A stretch of DNA of 64,000 nucleotides from IMG/VR virus record IMGVR_UViG_3300018080_008436, positions 1-64,000 of that record; one strand, written 5' to 3'. The position numbers and the translations under genes were made by a program. The notes under the pieces were generated by a model. That model searched no databases. It saw only the letters and a program-made list of their open reading frames with translations, and was not told the origin of the DNA. This document shows positions 9,834 to 19,356 of the stretch, piece by piece. Numbering within the stretch: position 1 is the first letter of the stretch; every line of letters begins with the position of its first letter.

Positions 9834-10055
9834 TTAGTAACCTCCTACTCTTTTCTTGGCGATCATCTTGTCGCCGTTGAACAATTGAAACTCTACGAAA
9901 TCCGCGCCAGGATCATCGAAGCTTGAACCCCATACTTGCATGGAGTCTGCTTGTTCAACTGTCTCCTGGTCGAACCCAGGGCCGAAAGGGGCCGACTGAG
10001 TTGCAGTCTGCTTCATCTTCGGGTCATCGTTTTGGATTGTTTCCATCAAATACAT
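9834..10055 (-). CDS. hypothetical protein
   Basis: SD and promoter upstream. Confidence 0.7.
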   Translation of the reverse strand: MYLMETIQNDDPKMKQTATQSAPFGPGFDQETVEQADSMQVWGSSFDDPGADFVEFQLFNGDKMIAKKRVGGY

Positions 10056-10282
10056 TTAAGATCTCCCATCTTGTTTATAGCATCAACATAGCATCTCTTG
10101 ATTCGATGTCAAATCGTTTTGTATGGAAATCTTCTCTTTTCTTGAGAACTTATGCATATACATGCCTGGGGGTATAGGCATTCAGTGGGTAGCCTGGGTG
10201 TATTCAGTGGGTAGTTTCAAAAAGAGTACTACTAATTTGATTGAGCAGTGGTCTTTTTGGAATGGGAGATCGAGACACTAGA

Positions 10283-10477
10283 TTAGGCTTCTTGGACTTT
10301 CTCTTTCTTCCCTCCAGTACAGAGGTTTCCTTGGATCAGAGCAATGGCAGTACGCCCATAACTACCTTGAAGCTCCCAAGCCATACCTGTGTCGATGAGT
10401 TCCTGAAAGAACTCGATTGCTTGTTCCTTACTCATCTCTCCAGATTCATAGGCGATAATTTTGTCCGAGAGTTCCAT
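10283..10477 (-). CDS. hypothetical phage protein
   Basis: FQELIDTGMAWELQGSYGRTA motif; SD. Confidence 0.75.
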   Translation of the reverse strand: MELSDKIIAYESGEMSKEQAIEFFQELIDTGMAWELQGSYGRTAIALIQGNLCTGGKKEKVQEA

Positions 10478-10669
10478 GATACTTTCTCCGTTTGTTCTAC
10501 TTCTATCTTAACTCGTTACCAACTGTTGTCAACCTTATTCGCAAAAATACTGAAGAAAAAATGATGAGTTCCATCGGAAATCCAGGAGTGTCTGGATCTG
10601 GTATTATTTTCAAAAAGAGTACTACTGTTTTATTTCAGCAGTACTCTTTTCAGAAATAGACCTGGTGGT

Positions 10670-10733
10670 CCGCCAGGCTGACCTTCTTCCGCCAGGAAGC
10701 TGACCTTCTTCCGCCAGGAAGCTGATCTTCCGC
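10670..10733. repeat. tandem ~22-bp repeat CCGCCAGGAAGCTGACCTTCTT x3 (imperfect)
   Basis: Direct reading. Confidence 0.75.
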
Positions 10734-10848
10734 AGGAATAGAAAAAGCCCCCATCGACATACGGATCGATGAGGGCTGAGCATTACATATATAAGTTCAT
10801 ATCTATGATCATTCTTCCATGGCGATCAAACCTCTAATAATGCATTGG

Positions 10849-11076
10849 TCAATCCTCCAATGATACAGTTTCTAACGTTTTGTCTAGGTCGATTTCGGAA
10901 CCGTCAAACCATCCAAACCATTTTCGATTTCCTGCTGACGTATCACCCAGGCTTCCAACGAAAATGGCATCCTTACCTCTGAAACGTGCCATGGTCATTA
11001 ACCTCATGGTTTCGCCATGTTGTCGAACTCGTTCTTTGGCTCGTTTGCTTGTTGGGATGATTTTAACAGTTCTCAT
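10849..11076 (-). CDS. hypothetical protein
   Basis: Directly downstream of promoter 11087-11114. Confidence 0.6.
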   Translation of the reverse strand: MRTVKIIPTSKRAKERVRQHGETMRLMTMARFRGKDAIFVGSLGDTSAGNRKWFGWFDGSEIDLDKTLETVSLED

Positions 11077-11343
11077 AACAGTTACTACTATAGCATGCAT
11101 ACGTATGATGTCAAGCGCGTATACAAAAAAAGTCCCCCAAGTTGTGAGTTGGGGGACTAAGCCAGAGTTTAGGGGGTACTCCGACAACCAGAGAGAAGCG
11201 TCAGTCTAGCATTATAGGAGGTGACCTTTTTGATTCATCTCTCCAGCCATCTTCATTATACAGTAAGAGAACGAATCAATAACCACATCTTGACAAATAA
11301 CCATGTCGTTCCAAGAAGAATAATGATGAGCAACGCTTTGTCT

Positions 11344-11538
11344 TTAGAGATCGTTTGGCTTACCGATACCTGGGTATCCGAAGTTACCTTTCTTGACCTC
11401 TTCGTTTTCTCGGTCAATGGCTTTCTGGAAGTCTGGGTGAGCGCGTTCTTTGGCCTTACATTCCATACAGATGGTATCAGTGTTGAAATAGCTCATGCTA
11501 TGAACGGTTACATCTTTGAAGCATCTATCGCATTTCAT
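11344..11538 (-). CDS. Zn-binding hypothetical protein
   Basis: CDRC...CMEC. Confidence 0.75.
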   Translation of the reverse strand: MKCDRCFKDVTVHSMSYFNTDTICMECKAKERAHPDFQKAIDRENEEVKKGNFGYPGIGKPNDL

Positions 11539-11678
11539 TGATCATTCTTCCATGATTTGTCTTTGCGGTTGTAGCCTCGTTTCCCTCGCTTGGTTCCTTT
11601 GACCTGGGTTTTGATAGGACCATTGGCTAAGGCCATGATTCGGAAGTTGGCTAATAGTTTTTTCTTTTTCTTCTTCAT
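11535..11678 (-). CDS. 47-aa basic protein, ArfA-like motif (not in ORF track)
   Basis: MKKKKKKLLANFRIMALANGPIKTQVKGTKRGKRGYNRKDKSWKNDQ; probably leaderless. Confidence 0.5.
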   Translation of the reverse strand: MKKKKKKLLANFRIMALANGPIKTQVKGTKRGKRGYNRKDKSWKNDQ

Positions 11679-11901
11679 GCTACCACTATAACTTATCTAA
11701 ATAAGATGTCAAGTCGATTTACAAAAAATAAATGCGCATACTATGCGCAGGCATTCAGTGCGTAGCCTGGGTGCATTCAGTGGGTAGTTCTAGAAAGAGT
11801 ACTTCTGTTTTGATTGAGTAGTACTCTTATTGAAAGGAGAGAAGGCACTAAAAAACCCCAGCCATCTCTGACTGGGGTTGATCCTCACACGGTAGAGTGG
11901 T

Positions 11902-12150
11902 TTAGAGGGAGGTTCTGTCTCCTATTAAGGTATCACATTCATCGCCTTCATATACGACTTCGACAACATCGATCTCTGTTCTGTCATAGATCATCTCATC
12001 CCCACAGACAGGACAAATAGGTATGCCAGAGTCTTGAATAGAATCAAGGTTCGCCTCGACCTCAGTTTCTGTTCCAAAGGAGGCACAGGACTTTAGGCAT
12101 TTGTCATCTACCCTCCAGAACATGTGAATCTTGTCATCAGGAATTATCAT
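11902..12150 (-). CDS. hypothetical protein
   Basis: CPVC motif; ATGA overlap. Confidence 0.65.
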   Translation of the reverse strand: MIIPDDKIHMFWRVDDKCLKSCASFGTETEVEANLDSIQDSGIPICPVCGDEMIYDRTEIDVVEVVYEGDECDTLIGDRTSL

Positions 12151-12533
12151 TGCCAATCAACGCTCCTCTCTAAATTATGTGGTTTGAAGAACAATTCCTC
12201 TCCACTTTTGACTTTGACTTTGGCCATATTTGAATTAAGACCTTCGCCAAACCCAATGAATCTTCCCTGCCATTCATCAGGGTGCTTGTAGTGTTTGACG
12301 TATTGACCTTCCTCCAAAGGGGTCATGTTCAACAAATGGTTTTCCCATTTTTTCTGAATGCGATCCATCAACTCGTTCAATTCATCCATGGAAAGATCCA
12401 TGGACTCGCATAAGGCTTCCATGTCGAGATTGTCTTGGGTTGCAATGATCTCGGAAACCAACCGAAGGGCTTGGAGTCTTGTGTCTTTCCATAACAAGAC
12501 AGTTGTAACAGGGGGCGTGTCTTGGTTATTCAT
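12147..12533 (-). CDS. hypothetical protein
   Basis: SD GGAGG. Confidence 0.65.
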   Translation of the reverse strand: MNNQDTPPVTTVLLWKDTRLQALRLVSEIIATQDNLDMEALCESMDLSMDELNELMDRIQKKWENHLLNMTPLEEGQYVKHYKHPDEWQGRFIGFGEGLNSNMAKVKVKSGEELFFKPHNLERSVDWQ

Positions 12534-12738
12534 TGGTTTCCTCCGCAGGTCTGTCTGGGCCTTCCCAGACTTCCTCAAGAACCTTCTTGGCCCCAACCTC
12601 GTTGACCTCTTGGGCTTTCTTGTATGCCCCGCAACCAACGAAGATGAGGGCAATGATAACGAACAACATGATGATGCCAATGACGATAATGACAATGGCA
12701 ACGATCAGTTCAATCAATGTGAAAAATTTGGCTTTCAT
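12526..12738 (-). CDS. prepilin-type N-terminal (FTLIEL) small membrane protein
   Basis: MKAKFFTLIELIVAIVII hydrophobic helix; SD GGAGG. Confidence 0.65.
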   Translation of the reverse strand: MKAKFFTLIELIVAIVIIVIGIIMLFVIIALIFVGCGAYKKAQEVNEVGAKKVLEEVWEGPDRPAEETNE

Positions 12739-12739
12739 G

Positions 12740-13009
12740 TTATTCCTCCATCATGCTGTCATGGCATCCATCGCAAAGCCATTCATTAGGATCATACTTG
12801 TTTGGACGACCTTCGTTTTCCTCAAAGGTTTCTCCACAGTCTTCGCAGATCATCTTGCCGATCTTATCCCGTTTACCGTTCCGCATGTCTTTAACCATGT
12901 TCGCCAGACCTGCGTAGGTCTTCATGCCTCTAGACGTTCGTACTTTCCCATCCACCATTGGCAGGTCCAGGGTATGAACTAACAACTTGCCATATTCTTC
13001 GTCAGTCAT
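12740..13009 (-). CDS. Zn-finger hypothetical protein
   Basis: CEDC...CDGC. Confidence 0.65.
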   Translation of the reverse strand: MTDEEYGKLLVHTLDLPMVDGKVRTSRGMKTYAGLANMVKDMRNGKRDKIGKMICEDCGETFEENEGRPNKYDPNEWLCDGCHDSMMEE

Positions 13010-13208
13010 TTTCAACGACCTCCAACCCATGCTTTCCCCGACAGGTGGAACAGACGGGGGCTTTCTTGTTTGTGTCAATCTGAACCATGTTCTTCTTGAC
13101 TTTGCGCGACTGGATATGATTGGCGCAAATGAAGCAGTTGCAGTTTTCGTTCTTGACTGCATGAACGTGGGCCTGGATGCGCTTTCTACGATGTCGTGAC
13201 ATTGCCAA
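13002..13208 (-). CDS. Zn-finger hypothetical protein
   Basis: CFIC...CSTC; SD. Confidence 0.6.
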   Translation of the reverse strand: MAMSRHRRKRIQAHVHAVKNENCNCFICANHIQSRKVKKNMVQIDTNKKAPVCSTCRGKHGLEVVEND

Positions 13209-13299
13209 TCTCCTTTTTGTCGAAAACGAAGTTTGAAGGCCAAACTTCTTTTTGTTTATATCATCAACATAGCACAGGTTGTGATGATGTCAAGTCGTT

Positions 13300-13662
13300 C
13301 TACAAAATAATTCCTTCTCCTTGACAGTTCTTGCATTTGGGATTGATTGCTCCATCCAGGTTACATTCCTCGCAACCATGAGTATCATGCCAAATATCCT
13401 CTGCATCGTACTCAACCTGGTTTAATGCGTCCCAGAATGCTTTCTCTGGGAAAGGGTAGGTCAAGGTCTGGATCGGGGTTGTTGCGTCTGTACCTTCAAC
13501 GATAGACCCCATCGATACTCCGTCCTCATTGAACTTGATCCATGCTCCGCAGGACGTACTTCTAAAGATGGATTTGCTGACCAGGGCTTCGATGTCTTCT
13601 CCCTTGATTGGACCTCTTCCCCTTACGAGACTGAATACATTGTTCTTGTTTCTGACATTCAT
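13300..13662 (-). CDS. hypothetical protein
   Basis: SD GGGAG; C-terminal CxxC pair. Confidence 0.75.
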   Translation of the reverse strand: MNVRNKNNVFSLVRGRGPIKGEDIEALVSKSIFRSTSCGAWIKFNEDGVSMGSIVEGTDATTPIQTLTYPFPEKAFWDALNQVEYDAEDIWHDTHGCEECNLDGAINPKCKNCQGEGIIL

Positions 13663-13683
13663 TTTGTTTCTCCCTTTTTAAGA

Positions 13684-13831
13684 TGGAGGCCCCTTCAGGA
13701 GTTCAACCTGAATCTTCTCATCTGGATCGCAATGCATGCCCTTTACGACGAGCCATTTGCAACTAACTACTTACCCTGCTGTGTCCAACAACGTAACCGT
13801 CCGAGATGCTTTATCATTAAGCTAAGGGGCT
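13684..13831 (-). ncRNA. tRNA-like RNA with ~70-nt insert in place of anticodon loop
   Basis: Acceptor GCCCCT/AGGGGC, D arm GCTT/AAGC, T arm TCAGG-TTGAACT-CCTGA, 3' CCA; first gene after promoter 13871-13898. Confidence 0.65.
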
Positions 13832-14101
13832 ATCAAATCTCCTGTTTGTTCCTGTTTCAGTTTATAAGTCACAATAGCATCTCTATTGGGGATGTCAAGC
13901 GCATTTAGAAAAAATAAATCCAGCTTGATGAACCTGGCTTCCCTGGGCCTGAACTAGTGTTTCAAAAAGAGTACTCCTGTTTTTATTCAGGAGTACTCTT
14001 TTTAGAAGATGGTCCAGAGGTCCCAGGTCCTGGCTTTCTGGGCACTAAAAAACCCCCCGCCTCGAAAGGCAGGGGGCTTGACTGGGATCTCCTATCGGAG
14101 A

Positions 14102-15025
14102 CTAGTTGGTCTCGGTTTCAGCCTCGACCTGGGTCTGGGGTTCGGGAGTCGCAGGTTCGGTCTCAGGGGCAACAGTCTTGGCGATCTGCGCCTGAGCCTT
14201 GGCCTGAGCCTTGGACTTGGCAGTCTTCTTGGCAGGAGCCTTCTTCTTGGCAGGAGCCTTCTTCTTGGCAGGCGCTTTCTTCTTGGCAGGCGCTTTCTTA
14301 GCCGTTGTCTCGGCCTTGGGCTTCGACTCGGACTTGGACTTGGCTTCCTGCGCCTTCAAGCGTTCCTGGCGCTTCTCTTCGCGTTCCTTGGCCTTCTGAG
14401 CCTTTTCCGCTTCCTTCTTGGCCTTCGCCTCTTCTCGCGCTTTCTTGCGCTCGGCAACGCCCTTCTGGCGTTCGGCTTCTGCCTCGGCGCGTTCCTTCTT
14501 CTTGGCTTCGCGTTCCTCGGCGCGTTTCTGCTTGTCGGCTTCAGCCTTCGCCTTGGCCTCTTCCTTGGCTTTCGCCTCCTGGGCCTTCTTGGCTTCCATC
14601 TTCTTGATCTGGGCAGGCGTTTTGCCGATATGGTCGCGATTCAGCTTGGGCAACGGTTCCTTGCGGAAGCGCAGGCGATAATGCTGTTCCTCCTTGACCT
14701 TTTCGCCATCGGCGTTCTTGACCATTTTGCGAGTACAACGTTCCATGTAGTACAGATGACCCTTTGCGGAGTAGTTACCCCGATTGGTCTCGGTCGGCCC
14801 CATGAGAACGTTGACGGTTGCCAGAGTCGCTTTGTCCTCGGTCCCCTCCTTGATGACATCCGCTTTGAAGGTCATGTTCTTACGAGCGAAGTCGATGACC
14901 TGTTGCTTGGTAAAGCGTTTGGCATTGGAGTTGTACCCGAAGGTCTCCATGATATGGGCCATGATCAGGTTGTAGTTTGAACCTTGGCGCGGATAGGGAT
15001 TCTGGATTTTCTGGAACTTGGGCAT
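14102..15025 (-). CDS. protein with histone H1-like Lys/Ala-rich C-terminus
   Basis: (K)KKAPA x4, KAEA-rich coil; GC-rich codons; SD AAGGAG. Confidence 0.8.
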   Translation of the reverse strand: MPKFQKIQNPYPRQGSNYNLIMAHIMETFGYNSNAKRFTKQQVIDFARKNMTFKADVIKEGTEDKATLATVNVLMGPTETNRGNYSAKGHLYYMERCTRKMVKNADGEKVKEEQHYRLRFRKEPLPKLNRDHIGKTPAQIKKMEAKKAQEAKAKEEAKAKAEADKQKRAEEREAKKKERAEAEAERQKGVAERKKAREEAKAKKEAEKAQKAKEREEKRQERLKAQEAKSKSESKPKAETTAKKAPAKKKAPAKKKAPAKKKAPAKKTAKSKAQAKAQAQIAKTVAPETEPATPEPQTQVEAETETN

Positions 15026-15473
15026 TTTGAAATGCTCCTTTGTTTGAGTTGGCTTTGAGGATTGTCCTCGATCTACCAGTTACGTTAGCATGTCTTTCGA
15101 TGTTGTCAAGTGCAATTTCGAGATTTTGTCAGCTTTTTTCGATCCTCCATTTTGTTCTCGGTTGTGCAGGTTCTTTGTTATCATGCGACTACTATGGCAC
15201 TCGAAACGGTACTTGTCAAGTGCGGTTCTCAAAAAAAGTTGAACTTTCTCATTTCAGGCACCCATTTCCCTATATACCTTATAATATACTGGCGATATGT
15301 GAGTCGAATTCGAAGACCTGGAAGACCTGGGACGGTGGCTTCTGGAGACCCTGAAAACCACTTTTCAAAAAGAGTACTACTGTTCTGATTCAGTAGTATT
15401 GTTTTTAGAAGGGGAAAAGGCACCAGGATACTTTGCGATACAAAGTACTTGGGATCTAAAACAGGTGGGGACT

Positions 15474-15518
15474 TTAGTAAAAATTACTAAAATTACACTA
15501 ATTAGTAAAAATTACCAG
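15474..15518. promoter_or_regulatory. paired TTAGTAA-N3-TTACTAA palindrome
   Basis: 15474-15490 perfect, 15502-15518 imperfect. Confidence 0.55.
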
Positions 15519-15880
15519 TGGTTTCCGATCTGATACAGATAATTGTGAGAAGTACCAAGATAATCAGAAAATTCTTTGGCCTCTTTCAATCCGATACGAA
15601 ATCGATTACGAAGTTCTTTGATGAAGGCGATCTTACCTGCGTACTGTTTGTTCCCACGCGCCTCATCATAACACTGCTCGACTGCGTCCCATGCGTATGT
15701 GTTACCATCATACTCTACGGTATGCGCAATGTCAAAGTCAACGACAGTGACATTCTTTTGTTTCTTGACCAGTTCATCGAGAGTATCTCGAAGCTGTAAC
15801 GCTTCTGATCTAATCTCTTGAGTGAGATTAGAGGCCGTTAGAATTTTGGTGAGGAAATCTCTGAGAGTATTCTTTTTCAT
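15512..15880 (-). CDS. protein with ribosomal L7/L12 C-terminal-like motif
   Basis: KIAFIKELRNRFRIGLKEAKEF. Confidence 0.65.
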   Translation of the reverse strand: MKKNTLRDFLTKILTASNLTQEIRSEALQLRDTLDELVKKQKNVTVVDFDIAHTVEYDGNTYAWDAVEQCYDEARGNKQYAGKIAFIKELRNRFRIGLKEAKEFSDYLGTSHNYLYQIGNHW

Positions 15881-16191
15881 AATTTCTTCTCTAATACCTG
15901 ATTATTTGGATCGAACTCATTCCAACCAACAAACTCACAGCGATAGTGTTTACCATCTTCATCAACAACAACATCTCCAACTGATGTCGAACGATGATCA
16001 ACTCCCATGAGAACTGTGACTTCTGGATTCTTTGTCCAAGAGTCTTCAATATGATTGGTAACTCGAAAGACTTCTTCAAATGCTTTGACTTCGACTTCAG
16101 CAACTTGACAGAAATTCAAATCGTTGAAATAGATATGAGGAGCATTGACATTGAAGTTCGGTTGAACTGCATGATAGACTTTGAGTTTCAT
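15877..16191 (-). CDS. YodL-like protein
   Basis: HRSTSVGDVVV motif. Confidence 0.6.
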   Translation of the reverse strand: MKLKVYHAVQPNFNVNAPHIYFNDLNFCQVAEVEVKAFEEVFRVTNHIEDSWTKNPEVTVLMGVDHRSTSVGDVVVDEDGKHYRCEFVGWNEFDPNNQVLEKKL

Positions 16192-16511
16192 GATCCTCTC
16201 CTTTTGTTCTTTATATACCATAACATCATATGTATGTATTTCAAGTTGACTTAGTAAAATAACTTCCCAGGTGTCTGCCTTCCTGGAAGCATTTCTGAAA
16301 AGAGTACTTCTGTTTTTATTCAGTAGTACTCTTTTTAGAAGTAGCTGGCACCGGCGGCTGGTCCGCCAGGGCTATGAACTCATTGGGGAAAAAAGGAAAG
16401 CCCCTACCCAATTAAGGATAGAGGCTTTAACGACCCTGCCAAGGTTGAGATCGCAGGGGCCTGCGTAGGCAGGCATTCAAGGACGCGCATTCAGTGGATG
16501 CGCTCAGGCAT

Positions 16512-16745
16512 TCAGTGCATGCATTCCGTGGATGGTTCTACCCATCTTGCAACTGAATCGCAATGACAACAACTATGATACTTGCCAGCGATGTTCTTGG
16601 AGCTATCAATAGCATCTCCATGTTCATCAACTGTCAACTCGACTGTAAACATTGGGTTGGACCCATTGTTGGAATCGCATTCGTCATTGGTACATTGCAG
16701 TTGCAATTCTGGTTTGAATTTCTCAGCCATGAGTTTCTCAGCCAT
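16512..16745 (-). CDS. hypothetical protein
   Basis: Cys pairs. Confidence 0.55.
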   Translation of the reverse strand: MAEKLMAEKFKPELQLQCTNDECDSNNGSNPMFTVELTVDEHGDAIDSSKNIAGKYHSCCHCDSVARWVEPSTECMH

Positions 16746-16871
16746 CGGAATTCTTTTCCAGTTCTTTGATCCTTTTATGGAGGCGTACTACATGAAGTAC
16801 AGCCCCCAGGATGATTGCGCAAAGCGCGATGATGAGTGGAATGGCGAATAGTTGATACATAATCAACCTCC

Positions 16872-17756
16872 CTACTTCATGATCTTGGGCAAGAGACGTT
16901 TCGGAACCTGCCAGATCATGTTGCTAGTTTTGGTATACGCCTTCTGGTTGTTTTCGATGTAGTTCTTGAGAGCTTTCTGAGTCCGCAAGAAATACTCGAT
17001 ACGAGAAACCCCTCCGACAGATACCTTGCGATTTGCCAGGATTTGATCGCGGAACTTGACAACGATGATGTCCTTCTGGGACCGAGAGATTCCCGAAACA
17101 AGAACCTTGATGAAACCCAGGAGGTCATTGTCAGAGACTGCCCCTGAGCAACGAGCCGCATACAGAGCCGCTTGGACATAGGAAACAGCGATACCCGAAG
17201 GAATCTTGCGTCCTCCTGCGGACTCCGTATATGCTTCCAAAATGAAGGCGACATGTTCCTGAGTTGCCTCAAGAAGGTCGAGCTTCTGATACGCCGAGGT
17301 CTTACCCCGAATGTTGTGCATCTGAAGGTAGAAACCGACAACCTGCATGGCGTTCTTGGGAACATCATCTCCGCAGGCCATCTTCGCCAACTGATTGGCA
17401 TTACGAGTCTGACCAACGTCGATGGATGCAACGGCATCCTCGTCAATGTTCCAGACAACGACAGCAGTGACAGGAATACCCGTCTCTTTGATTGCAGTCA
17501 AACGAGTCTGACCATCAGCCAGATCTCCGCTAGAATAAAAACCAATTCCATTGGAGTTGGTCTTCCAACGGCCCATCTTGATGTCGTTCTTCAACTTCGT
17601 CAAGGAGTTCCGATTGAGTCGGCGGTTCCGATTGTTCTTGGAGAGGAATTCCTCTGCCATTTCGGGGGTAATTCGAGTCAGAACAGGAACGATCATCTGT
17701 TCTTTCTTCTTCTCAACCCAAAACCCATTCTCGTAGACTGTCATTGTTTCGTTCAT
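16872..17756 (-). CDS. ParB/Srx-like N-terminal domain protein
   Basis: ITPEMAEEFL..N.RNR ... LADGQTRLTAI. Confidence 0.7.
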   Translation of the reverse strand: MNETMTVYENGFWVEKKKEQMIVPVLTRITPEMAEEFLSKNNRNRRLNRNSLTKLKNDIKMGRWKTNSNGIGFYSSGDLADGQTRLTAIKETGIPVTAVVVWNIDEDAVASIDVGQTRNANQLAKMACGDDVPKNAMQVVGFYLQMHNIRGKTSAYQKLDLLEATQEHVAFILEAYTESAGGRKIPSGIAVSYVQAALYAARCSGAVSDNDLLGFIKVLVSGISRSQKDIIVVKFRDQILANRKVSVGGVSRIEYFLRTQKALKNYIENNQKAYTKTSNMIWQVPKRLLPKIMK

Positions 17757-17774
17757 ATTCTTGCTCCTATGTAT

Positions 17775-18029
17775 TTAGTTTTGTTTGACTTCAGTCTTTC
17801 TTTTGGACTGTTGCTTTGCTTCTTCCCGCGCTCGACGCTTCTCCTCTTTCCCTTTAGACTTGTACATCTTTAACTGCTTACGAGCCGTAGTGCAGGCATC
17901 ATTCGCCTGCGATTTGGACAACCCAGGATACTTTGACATCAAGTCTTCCCGAACTTCCTTGGTCCGAAGACCTTTGTTGAAATTGTCTTTTGCGAAGGCA
18001 TGATGATCAGAAGTAACTACGTTGGCCAT
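17775..18029 (-). CDS. hypothetical basic protein
   Basis: ORF with SD. Confidence 0.65.
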   Translation of the reverse strand: MANVVTSDHHAFAKDNFNKGLRTKEVREDLMSKYPGLSKSQANDACTTARKQLKMYKSKGKEEKRRAREEAKQQSKRKTEVKQN

Positions 18030-18074
18030 AATCTTGATTCCCTTTGATTTGTTATGAGGCTAAAATAACCTCTT

Positions 18075-18380
18075 CTAGGACGTTGTCAAGTCCTTTGGTT
18101 GACTTTTGATCAACTTTTTCAATTCTGGCATTGAAAACTTCTCAACCTGAACCAAATGAGGAACGACCAGAATAAGAACATCGGGAATACCCTCAAACAA
18201 ATAGTTCACTGTTTCAGCAACCTTTTGCATATCATTCTTTGTTGCTGGCTCCTCTTTGTTACCAACAGTGAGAACAAGAAGAGATGGATTAAGATTTACT
18301 TCTTCCCCTTTGACAGGGATAGGCATGGATGCAATGACTGGCAATCCAAGCAGTGATTTGACGAATGAACCTCGTTTCAT
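18075..18380 (-). CDS. hypothetical protein
   Basis: SD GGAGG. Confidence 0.6.
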   Translation of the reverse strand: MKRGSFVKSLLGLPVIASMPIPVKGEEVNLNPSLLVLTVGNKEEPATKNDMQKVAETVNYLFEGIPDVLILVVPHLVQVEKFSMPELKKLIKSQPKDLTTS

Positions 18381-18381
18381 T

Positions 18382-18780
18382 TTACGGACCTCCATATGGA
18401 TCATAGTTGTTGGGGACATAGTAGTCATCATAATCATCATAATCGTCATAATCGTCATAATCGTCTGGGGGAGAGAAATCGTATTCCTCCTGGGCCTCTT
18501 CCCCATTCTCTTCGATCCAACAATTGATTTCATTCATCATCTTTTCTTTGACCTCTCCCAACAAGTCTTCGAATTTGACAATGGTATCACCATTCTCCAG
18601 AATTTCAATGATAGAGAAATCCGAGTCGAAATCGGCAGGAGTCCAATTATCAGGATTCCCTGAAAGACGAGCAGGAGTGTAATGCGCATAGAAGTCAAAA
18701 GTAACTTCATACGTATCGCAAGCCGATTCGTCGTTGATCAGATCCATTTCATGTTCGATGGTGATTGTTGCTTCAGGCAT
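18382..18780 (-). CDS. acidic protein with DDY repeats
   Basis: (DDY)x5 tail. Confidence 0.7.
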   Translation of the reverse strand: MPEATITIEHEMDLINDESACDTYEVTFDFYAHYTPARLSGNPDNWTPADFDSDFSIIEILENGDTIVKFEDLLGEVKEKMMNEINCWIEENGEEAQEEYDFSPPDDYDDYDDYDDYDDYYVPNNYDPYGGP

Positions 18781-19088
18781 TAGTCCCGTCCTCCCAACAA
18801 GTCTTGAAAGATTGAAATGTGTTTTTCCAGGTCATCCCGATTGTAGTCAGTTTGATATTCATGTTGATGAATGTAGATCCGATGACGATAAGCTGTTTGA
18901 CAGATCGTCTTGATCTTATGTTTCCGAGCAGGAATGGTGGTATATGCCTCATCCCCTGATTCCTTCTGATAGGAAAGGTAAAGGTCTGTTCCCAGTTCCC
19001 GTTCAATGACCTCCCAAAGACGAGTAACGTTCGTCTTATTAGTAAGGTAAGTTCCATTCAATGCGACGATGTAGACTGTTCGAACCAT
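18780..19088 (-). CDS. hypothetical protein
   Basis: SD and promoter. Confidence 0.7.
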   Translation of the reverse strand: MVRTVYIVALNGTYLTNKTNVTRLWEVIERELGTDLYLSYQKESGDEAYTTIPARKHKIKTICQTAYRHRIYIHQHEYQTDYNRDDLEKHISIFQDLLGGRD

Positions 19089-19356
19089 GGTACTGCTCCC
19101 TTGTTTATATAGTCACCTTAGCATATGTTAAATATATGTCAAGCCCATTTACAAAAAATAATTCAGACATCGATCAAAATCTCCTGAACAGCTCCTGGAC
19201 AGCGGCTCATCTTTCAAAAAGAGTACTACTGTTTTTATTCAGTAGTACTCTTTTTAGAAGTAGCTGGCACCCGGCGGCAGGCGGCGGGGCCTGAAAACAA
19301 AAAACCCCTGGCATTTCTACCAGGGGTTCTTCGGTATGGCTCGTTGCTTCGTTCGG

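Noticed and set aside
14009-14980. 323-aa plus-strand ORF
   Set aside because: Antisense of the Lys/Ala-rich gene; Leu/Gly/Phe low-complexity artefact.
4162-19294. Plus-strand ORFs containing KRVLLFHFSSTLF / FQKEYSCF
   Set aside because: These are translations of the repeat element and antisense shadows of minus-strand genes.
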